Below, piece by piece: positions 1-6,501 of a DNA stretch of 21,701 nt (position 1 is its first letter; every line of letters starts with the position of its first letter). This DNA is from an uncultured Archangium sp. GTDB taxonomy: Bacteria > Myxococcota > Myxococcia > Myxococcales > Myxococcaceae. The position numbers and the translations under genes are program-made. The stretch lies in assembly GCA_964449625.1 (NCBI GenBank), contig CAYUZK010000078.1, positions 3,004 to 24,704 of the forward strand. The letters run 5' to 3'. Below the pieces are notes generated by a model. It made no database searches, had not been told where the DNA came from, and saw only the letters and a program-made list of their open reading frames with translations.

Positions 1-82
1 TGGTGGTGGCGCGACGGGCGGTGGTGGTGGCGCGACGGGCGGTGGTGGTGGCGCGACGGGCGGTGGTGGTGGCGCGGCGAAC
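1..82 (+). repeat. 21-bp tandem repeat (ggtggtggtggcgcgacgggc, about 3.9 copies, last copy degenerate), in frame, encoding GGGATGG linker repeats inside the partial CDS
   Basis: Repeat units read directly at 1-19 (truncated by window edge), 20-40, 41-61, 62-82. Confidence 0.9.
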
Positions 83-688
83 CAGCCGCCTACGGTCTCG
101 GCGACCATCACCTCCAGCGTGGCGGCGCCCTACGCGGGCCAGCTCACGACCCTGTCCATCACCGCGACGGACCCCGAGGGCGACGCGCTCACCATCGCGT
201 GGAGCCAGAGCGCGCCCACCGCCATGGGCACCTTCCAGAGTGGCGCGGGCACGACGAGCCCTGCCTGGTTCTCGCCCGAGGTGACGACTGACACGATGTT
301 CACCCTCGACGTCTCGGTGTCCGACGGCACGAACGCCCCGGTGACGCGCTCCCTCATACTCACCGTGCGCGCGCCGAAGTTCAGCGAGGTGTGGGGCACC
401 ATCCTCAACGCGCGGTGCGCCGGGTGCCACGGCTTCGCCGGCACCTCCGCGGCGTCGTCCTACTCGAGCATCGTCAACGTGAACCACGGCGCAGGCGGCG
501 GCTGCAGCGGCACCGGCATCACCAAGCGCATCGTGCCGAGCGACAAGACGAACTCGCTCATCTTGCGCAAGGTGCTGGGCACCCAGCCGGGGGCGTGCGG
601 CGGGCAGATGCCCGCGGGCGGAATGCTCAACGCCAACCAATTCGTCTCGCTCGGCGCGTGGATCGCCGCGGGCGCTCCGAACGACTGA
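2..688 (+). CDS. 5'-partial large extracellular/periplasmic protein: Gly/Thr/Ala heptapeptide linker repeats, an Ig-like (bacterial 'putative Ig'/cadherin-like) domain, and a C-terminal Planctomycete-type cytochrome c (PSCyt1-like) domain with a CxxCH heme motif
   Basis: Frame 2 is open from the window edge to TGA at 686-688; the track ORF at 119 is just the first in-frame GTG. Translation: GGGATGG x3-4, then ...TLSITATDPEGDALTIAWSQ... (Ig-like DxDGD/LT motif), then ...ARCAGCHGFAG...MPAGGMLNANQFVSLGAWIAAGAPND, matching the PSCyt1 pattern (CxxCH...MPP...L...WI..GA) from memory. Confidence 0.6.
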   Translation, partial: GGGATGGGGGATGGGGGATGGGGGAANQPPTVSATITSSVAAPYAGQLTTLSITATDPEGDALTIAWSQSAPTAMGTFQSGAGTTSPAWFSPEVTTDTMFTLDVSVSDGTNAPVTRSLILTVRAPKFSEVWGTILNARCAGCHGFAGTSAASSYSSIVNVNHGAGGGCSGTGITKRIVPSDKTNSLILRKVLGTQPGACGGQMPAGGMLNANQFVSLGAWIAAGAPND

Positions 689-750
689 CACGCTCCCTGG
701 GCAGCTCTGGGGACCGTGACGTCGCGCGGCCCCGCTATGCTCGCGCCCGC

Positions 751-1431
751 ATGTCGCTGCGCAGCCTCGTTCCGCCCGCCTGGGCGCCTCACCTCGCGGA
801 AGGCCTGAGCGCGCCCTCGTTCGCCGAGCTGGAGCGCTTCCTCGAGGAGGAGTGGCAGCACGCCGTCATCTTCCCGCCGCGCGACGAGGTCTTCGCTGCG
901 CTGGCCCTGACGCCGCCTGACGAGGTGAAGGTGGTGCTCCTCGGGCAAGACCCCTACCCCACCCGCGGCAACGCGAACGGCCTCGCCTTCTCCGTCGCGC
1001 CGGGCGCGAAGGTGCCCGCGTCGCTCAAGAACCTCTTCCTGGGCCTGCAGGCCGACCTCGGCATCGCGCCGCCGGGGCACGGCGACCTCACCGAGTGGGC
1101 CCGCCGGGGCGTGCTCCTGCTCAACACGGTGCTCTCGGTGCGCGAGAGCGAGCCGCAGTCGCACCAGAGGCGCGGCTGGGAGGCCTTCACGCGCGAGGTG
1201 CTGCAGGTGGTGGCCCGGCGGCCGGGCCGAGTCGTCTTCTTCTGCCTCGGCAAGCCCGCGCTCAAGCTGGCGCAGTCGCTCGAGTCGCCCCACCCCGTCG
1301 TCAGCGCGCCGCACCCGTCCCCGCTCAACGGCCACGCCTTCGCGGAGGCGGCGGGCAGCGAGCACCTCTTCACCCGCGTGAACGCGCTCCTCGCCGAGGC
1401 CGGTGTCGAGCCCGTAGACTGGGCGCTGTGA
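751..1431 (+). CDS. ung: Uracil-DNA glycosylase, family 1 (UNG)
   Basis: ATG at 751 gives MSLRSLVPPAW... Family-1 UDG motifs present: VVLLGQDPYP, GNANGLAFSV, GVLLLNTVLSV, HPSPLNGH. About 227 aa, typical size. The upstream part of track ORF 391..1431 is an in-frame extension overlapping the previous gene and is not believed coding. Confidence 0.85.
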   Translation: MSLRSLVPPAWAPHLAEGLSAPSFAELERFLEEEWQHAVIFPPRDEVFAALALTPPDEVKVVLLGQDPYPTRGNANGLAFSVAPGAKVPASLKNLFLGLQADLGIAPPGHGDLTEWARRGVLLLNTVLSVRESEPQSHQRRGWEAFTREVLQVVARRPGRVVFFCLGKPALKLAQSLESPHPVVSAPHPSPLNGHAFAEAAGSEHLFTRVNALLAEAGVEPVDWAL

Positions 1432-1697
1432 CGAAGCACCGCTTCGCGTGGGGGCTGGGGTTGCTCGCGGCGGCCGTCGTGCTCCTGGTGCTCGCGCTCA
1501 CCTTCGAGCACACGCCGGTCTTCAAGACGCTCCTGGGCGGCGTGACCTACCTCGTCCTCTTCAGCGCGCTGACGCTGGCGGGCTGCGGGCTCTTGTGGAG
1601 CGACGTCGGGAGGCGGCCGCTGCGCTGGGTCGTCGCCGTCGGCGTCACGCTCGTCGTGCTGGCCTACCACGCGATGCTCGCGCACGGCCCGGGCTGA
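1428..1697 (+). CDS. Small hypothetical integral membrane protein (about 89 aa, 2-3 predicted TM helices)
   Basis: GTG at 1428 overlaps the ung stop (GTGA, 4-nt overlap). Translation VTKHRFAWGLGLLAAAVVLLVLALTFEHTPVFKTLLGGVTYLVLFSALTLAGCGLLW...VVAVGVTLVVLAYHAMLAHGPG is hydrophobic. No family recognised. Confidence 0.4.
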   Translation: MTKHRFAWGLGLLAAAVVLLVLALTFEHTPVFKTLLGGVTYLVLFSALTLAGCGLLWSDVGRRPLRWVVAVGVTLVVLAYHAMLAHGPG

Positions 1698-1716
1698 CCA
1701 GGGCGCACCGCGGGAG

Positions 1717-2274
1717 TCAGCGAGCCCCGGCCACCACCGCGCGCGCCTTCTCGAGCAGCCGCACCAGCGGCGCCTCGTCGGCCCGGGCGAGCGCCTCCTC
1801 CCACGTGAGCCACTGCGCGCCGTGCGACTCGTTCGGGTCGTGCGCGAGCGCGTCGGGGTTCGTGGCGACCACGAGGTAGCGCACGTCGAGGTGCCGGTGC
1901 TCGGGGTCGGCCTTCCGCGCGGGGATGACGTGCACGTCGACGTCGAGCGGCCGCGGCGCGCCGGGGTGGAGCGCGACCTCGCAGCCCGTCTCTTCGCGGG
2001 CCTCGCGCAGCGCCGTGGCCTCCATCGAGCCGCCATCGCCCTCGTCGGCGTGGCCCCCGGGCTGGAGCCAGCGCTGCAGCTTGGCGTGCAGCACGAGGCA
2101 CACGCGCGCGCCGTCGGGCGTCACCACCACGGCGCTGCCGGTGAAGTGCCCCGGCCACTGGCCGCGGCTGAAGGGCTGGGCGAGCGACGCCGCGAGCTCG
2201 CGCATGGCCGCGAGGTCGGCCCGCTCCTTGTCGTCGGTGGGCACGTGGGCCCTCAGCAGCTCAGCGAGCGTCAT
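1717..2274 (-). CDS. NUDIX hydrolase
   Basis: Nudix box GGHADEGDGGSMEATALREAREETG (Gx5Ex7REUxEExGU). ATG at 2272-2274 preceded by GAGGGAG. 9 nt downstream of the FtsX permease stop on the same strand. Confidence 0.85.
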   Translation of the reverse strand: MTLAELLRAHVPTDDKERADLAAMRELAASLAQPFSRGQWPGHFTGSAVVVTPDGARVCLVLHAKLQRWLQPGGHADEGDGGSMEATALREAREETGCEVALHPGAPRPLDVDVHVIPARKADPEHRHLDVRYLVVATNPDALAHDPNESHGAQWLTWEEALARADEAPLVRLLEKARAVVAGAR

Positions 2275-2283
2275 GGGCTCCCT

Positions 2284-3597
2284 CTACCCCGCGTGCGCCA
2301 TGGCGCTGACGGGCTTGAGCCGCGCCGCCAGGAAGGCGGGGAGCAGCGAGATGAGCGTCACCACCGCGGTGATGAAGCCCAGCGTGGCGAGCGCCCACTT
2401 GAGCGTGGGGATGACGACGAGCTTGTCGCTCAGGAGCACGAACTGGACGCCGACCGGGAGCGTGATCTGCGCCTGCGTGAGGGCCACGGACACGACGAGG
2501 CCAACGCCGAGGCCCACCAGCGTCGAGAAGAGCCCGAGCAGGAAGCCCTCGGCGAGGAAGAGCGCCAGCACGCGCGTGCGCTGCATGCCGATGGCGCGGA
2601 GCGTGCCGATCTCCTTCGTCCGCTCGCGGATGGAGATCCACATCACGATCATGATGCCCACGCCCACCACCTGCAGCAGCACGATGGCCATGAAGAAGGC
2701 GAGCGCGCTCATGAGGTCCACCGTCCAGGCGACGAAGCTGACCTCGTCGTGCCAGCTCGTGAGGTCGAGCTTCTGCCCCGTCCACGGCTCGCGGCTCACG
2801 TTCTCGAACTTGAGGAAGAAGGCCCGGGGGTCGTCCTCCATGAGGAGGTAGCCGGCCTTCGTGAGCGCCTCGCGCAGGCGCGCCTTCACCTGGTTCACCA
2901 CCGCCAGGTCGGCCGTGGGCAGGTACACCTGGAGGGCGCCCGTGGTGTCGGCGTTGAGCTGGTAGAGCGTGCGCAGCGTCGCCTCGTTCACGAAGCACGA
3001 GAACTGGCTCATCATCCCCATGTTGCGGGCGATGGCGACCACCGTGAGGTCCACCGTGTTGTTCACGCCGCGCGCGGTGGGCGCGGAGATGGTGACCGCG
3101 TCGCCCACGCGCACCTCGAGCGTGCTGGCCTGGTCCTCGAAGAGCACGACGGCGTTGGGCTTCGCCAGGTCCTCCAGCCGCCCGGCCTTCACCTTGAGCA
3201 TGCGCTGGAGCCCCGCCTCCTCCTCGATGGTCACCCCCGAGAGGCCCAGGAGCTGGCTGCCCTGGTCGCTCACCACCTTCGCCCAGCCGCGGCCGCGGGA
3301 GGCGATGTAGACGGCCTCGGGCACCTCGCGGCGCACCACCTCGGCGACGGCCTGCGCCCGCGTCACCACCGGCGCGGCCTGCCCGGCCGTCACCTTGAAG
3401 AAGCCCGCCACGTTGACGTGGCCGCTCATCAGCGTGGTGGAGGACTCGATGAGCGAGCGGTTCATGCCCTCGGCGGTGCCCAGCATCACCACCAGCAGCA
3501 GCGTCACGAAGGCGATGGCCAGCCCGAGGGCGCCGGTGCGGCGGCGGTGCTGCCAGAGCGAGAGGAGCGCGATGCGCAGGAGAATCACGAGCGTCAC
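2284..3597 (-). CDS. ABC transporter permease, FtsX/MacB/LolE family (N-terminal TM helix, about 230-aa periplasmic domain, C-terminal 3-TM FtsX domain)
   Basis: C-terminal FtsX signature IRERTKEIGTLRAIGMQRTRVLALFLAEGFLLG. GTG start at 3595-3597 overlaps the stop (3594-3596) of the upstream permease (GTGA). Confidence 0.8.
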   Translation of the reverse strand: MTLVILLRIALLSLWQHRRRTGALGLAIAFVTLLLVVMLGTAEGMNRSLIESSTTLMSGHVNVAGFFKVTAGQAAPVVTRAQAVAEVVRREVPEAVYIASRGRGWAKVVSDQGSQLLGLSGVTIEEEAGLQRMLKVKAGRLEDLAKPNAVVLFEDQASTLEVRVGDAVTISAPTARGVNNTVDLTVVAIARNMGMMSQFSCFVNEATLRTLYQLNADTTGALQVYLPTADLAVVNQVKARLREALTKAGYLLMEDDPRAFFLKFENVSREPWTGQKLDLTSWHDEVSFVAWTVDLMSALAFFMAIVLLQVVGVGIMIVMWISIRERTKEIGTLRAIGMQRTRVLALFLAEGFLLGLFSTLVGLGVGLVVSVALTQAQITLPVGVQFVLLSDKLVVIPTLKWALATLGFITAVVTLISLLPAFLAARLKPVSAMAHAG

Positions 3598-5951
3598 TCC
3601 GTGGCCTGCATCGCGGTGATGGGCGCGACGCGGGTGGCGAGGAAGGTGGGGAAGAGGACCGCGAGCACGCTGACCACCAGCGTGACGACGATGGCGAGCA
3701 CGAAGCCGCCCAGCGTCAGCTCCGGCCGCAGCACCGGGCCCGAGAAGAAGAAGTAGAGCTCATCGCGGAACGCGGGGATGCCCGTGGCGTGGAGGTACTG
3801 CACCACCCCCGCGCCGATGAGGGCCCCCAGCAGCCCGAAGACGAGCGCCAGCACCGTGGTCTCGATGAGCACCATGGCCATCACGAAGGTGCGCTGGGCG
3901 CCGATGGCGCGCATGGTGCCGATGGTCGCGGTGCGCTGGAGCGTGGCGATGGTCATGCCGATGGTGACGACGATGAGCGCGATGAAGGCGAAGGCGCCCA
4001 CGATGGCCACCAGCAGCAGCCGGAAGAAGTCGATGAACTTGCCCAGGAAGCCGGCGGCCGAGGTCCAGCCGACGACCCAGGTGCGCGGCCGCGCCGAGGC
4101 AGCGAAGGCGTCGAGGGTGGCCAGCTGCGCGTCGGCGAGGTTGGCCCGCTCGCCCTTGAGGGCCGCGCTGAGCGCCAGGAGCGTCGCGCTGGGCGTCGGC
4201 GTGCCGGCGCTCGCCCGTGCGTCCTCCGCCTTCACCGCGGCGTCGAGGGCCGCCGAGAGCGCGGAGGGCAGCGCCCCCGAGGCCCCCAGCTCCCGCGCGG
4301 CCTCCCGCGTCGCGGCGTCAGGCGGCGGCGCGTCGGCGGCGAGCACCGCCTCGATCTCCCGCAGGGTGAGCTCCTGCATGAGCGGCGAGCCGTCCCGAAG
4401 GAGGATGGCCGCGTTGAGCACCACGCCCTCGTCCACCTCTGAGACCGGGTACGTGGGCGCCCGCTTCGTCGAGCCCGCCTTGCCGGCACCGGGAGCCTCC
4501 GGCGTGGACAGGCGGGTCTCCTGCACCGCCTCCACGAGCTCCGCGTCGTCGCCGAAGAGCGCGGCCTCGGCGTCTTCGCGGGCCACCGCCTTCGCCCCCG
4601 TCTCGGCCCTCATGGCGTCGAGCTCGGCCTGCTTCTCGGCGGTGAGGAAGCCGTAGAGGTCGCGGAAGGTGACGATGTCCACCAGCGCGTTCATGCCGGC
4701 CAGCGGCGACTTCTCGAGCCCCCGCATCTCGAAGATGCCGAAGACCTTCACCGTCGCCGCCTCGACGGAGCCCGAGCGCCCGAAGCTGCGCAGCGTGAGC
4801 TCCTCGCCCACCTTCACCCGGTACAGGGCGAGCACCGGGGCGAGCTCCGCGTAGAAGAAGGCGTAGCGCTGGTCGAAGTTCTCGTCGGTGACGGCGAAGA
4901 AGCTCGAGAGCAGCGCCGCGAGGTCGGCCTCCTCGGAGCCCAGCAGCGCCTGGAGCTTCGCGACGGCGGTGGCCGTGGCGAGCCCGTCGAGCTGGAGCAC
5001 CAGCTCGCGCGTCTGTGCCTGGTTCTCGCGCACCCAGCGCTGCAGCTCCTTGTCGCTCGCGTCCGAGAGCGTGCGGCCGGCGAGGCGCGCGTCGCGGAGC
5101 TTGTCGAGGCGACGGGCGTTCTTGAGCTTCAGGTACTCCTCGTAGAAGTAGCGGGGCAGCAGCGCGCCGCGCGTGCCCGGCGGCACCGGCGCCCCCTCCA
5201 CGATGTGCATGCGGCTGAAGATCTCCTGGTAGGCCTGCAGGTCCGTGCCGAGGTAGCGCATGAAGAGCATGTCGGCGTCGGCGTCGAGCGGCGCCACCTG
5301 GTTCTCGAGCAGCTCGAGGTGCCCCAGGGGGTCGTCGTCGAAGGTGGCCCAGAACTCGGGCGAGGCGGCCTTCGCCAGCGCGGCGCGCTCGGCCTGGTCC
5401 ACCGTCGACGCGTCGGTCAGCTCCGTCGCCCGCTCGGCGGCCTTCACCAGCACGTCGACGATGTTCCGCACGTGGGCCTGCAGGCTCTTCGTCAGCCGCG
5501 CGAACTCCGCCGGGTCGCGCCGGGTCGCCTCGTCGGCCTGGTCGCGGTACAGCCCGCGCAGCCTCGCCAGCACCCCGTCGACGGTGTTGCCGGTGGCGAC
5601 GATGGCCGTGGCCGCGCCCATGGGCACCACGCGGGCCACGTTGGGCACCGCGAGCAGCTTCGCCTTGAGGCCCTTCCAGTCGTCGAGCGGCGCCAGGTTG
5701 GAGTCGCTCCCGTCCACCTTGCCGTAGAGCTCCAGCGGGTCCTTCGAGCGCGCGCCGTACACCTGCAGGTGGCCGCTGATGCTGTCGACGATGCTCCGGG
5801 AGAGCGCGCCGTCGAGCGTCGAGAAGAGCGAGCCGCCGATGACGAGCAGCGCCGAGCCGAACAGCAGCACCAGCCCGACGAAGACGTTGAGCAGGCTCGA
5901 GGTGATGTTCGAGACCGCGATGCGGACGAGGACCAGCGCCTTGGTGAACAT
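3594..5951 (-). CDS. ABC transporter permease, FtsX family, with an unusually large (about 590 aa) predicted alpha-helical extracytoplasmic domain between TM1 and the FtsX domain
   Basis: Start ATG at 5949-5951 (MFTKALVLVRIAVSNITSSLLNVFVGLVLLFGSALLVIGG = TM1). C-terminal ...LQRTATIGTMRAIGAQRTFVMAMVLIETTVLAL... is FtsX-like. The upstream 128 codons of track ORF 3594..6335 overlap a divergent intergenic region and are not believed coding. Confidence 0.75.
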   Translation of the reverse strand: MFTKALVLVRIAVSNITSSLLNVFVGLVLLFGSALLVIGGSLFSTLDGALSRSIVDSISGHLQVYGARSKDPLELYGKVDGSDSNLAPLDDWKGLKAKLLAVPNVARVVPMGAATAIVATGNTVDGVLARLRGLYRDQADEATRRDPAEFARLTKSLQAHVRNIVDVLVKAAERATELTDASTVDQAERAALAKAASPEFWATFDDDPLGHLELLENQVAPLDADADMLFMRYLGTDLQAYQEIFSRMHIVEGAPVPPGTRGALLPRYFYEEYLKLKNARRLDKLRDARLAGRTLSDASDKELQRWVRENQAQTRELVLQLDGLATATAVAKLQALLGSEEADLAALLSSFFAVTDENFDQRYAFFYAELAPVLALYRVKVGEELTLRSFGRSGSVEAATVKVFGIFEMRGLEKSPLAGMNALVDIVTFRDLYGFLTAEKQAELDAMRAETGAKAVAREDAEAALFGDDAELVEAVQETRLSTPEAPGAGKAGSTKRAPTYPVSEVDEGVVLNAAILLRDGSPLMQELTLREIEAVLAADAPPPDAATREAARELGASGALPSALSAALDAAVKAEDARASAGTPTPSATLLALSAALKGERANLADAQLATLDAFAASARPRTWVVGWTSAAGFLGKFIDFFRLLLVAIVGAFAFIALIVVTIGMTIATLQRTATIGTMRAIGAQRTFVMAMVLIETTVLALVFGLLGALIGAGVVQYLHATGIPAFRDELYFFFSGPVLRPELTLGGFVLAIVVTLVVSVLAVLFPTFLATRVAPITAMQATE

Positions 5952-6033
5952 GGCGGCGGGCACCCTGCCACCGGCCTCGCGCGGCGTCACTGGAAGTCGG
6001 CGCCGGCCGCAGCGGGGGCTACGCTGCCAGGTC

Positions 6034-6492
6034 ATGCCCCGCCTCGCCGCGCTCCTCCTGGCCCTCGCCGCCCTCCCCGCCGCCGCGCAGCCCACCACCA
6101 TCGAGGACCCGGCGATGGCCGACCAGCTCATGGGCGAGCACGTCTTCAACCTCCACTGGATCGACTCGCCGCCGGGCGTGGCGCGGGTGACGGAGCCGGT
6201 GAAGGGCGAGGTGCGCCTCGACGCCGAGCAGCAGAACGCGCAGGGCGACGCCGCCTCGGTCACCGGCCGCGTCACCAAGGTGACGACGAAGACCTTCGAG
6301 CTCGAGGGCACCGTGACGACGAAGGTGAGCGGCAACTATGGCGGCCGGGCCTGCGTGAAGACCGGGCGCTTCACCTTCCGCATCACCGGCAAGCGCAAGT
6401 ACTGGCGCCTCAAGGAGATGGACAACTGCGAGGGCGGCCGGCTGGTGGACTACGTCGACGTCTACTTCGCGCGCCCAGCTCGTCGGCCGTAG
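6034..6492 (+). CDS. Small secreted hypothetical protein (about 152 aa) with Sec signal peptide
   Basis: ATG at 6034. MPRLAALLLALAALPAAAQP then predicted cleavage (AAA/QP). Mature part Gly/Thr/Lys-rich, one Cys pair (C...C). No family recognised. Converges on the MVP-like gene with only 9 nt between the stops. Confidence 0.5.
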   Translation: MPRLAALLLALAALPAAAQPTTIEDPAMADQLMGEHVFNLHWIDSPPGVARVTEPVKGEVRLDAEQQNAQGDAASVTGRVTKVTTKTFELEGTVTTKVSGNYGGRACVKTGRFTFRITGKRKYWRLKEMDNCEGGRLVDYVDVYFARPARRP

Positions 6493-6501
6493 CGCGCACG
6501 C

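Noticed and set aside
1822-3756. Long + strand ORFs (1822..3756, 1925..2851, 3778..4656, 5205..6650) antisense to the NUDIX/FtsX genes
   Set aside because: Translations are extreme low-complexity (runs of R/G/E/H/A) typical of spurious open frames in high-GC DNA. The opposite-strand genes have clear family motifs.
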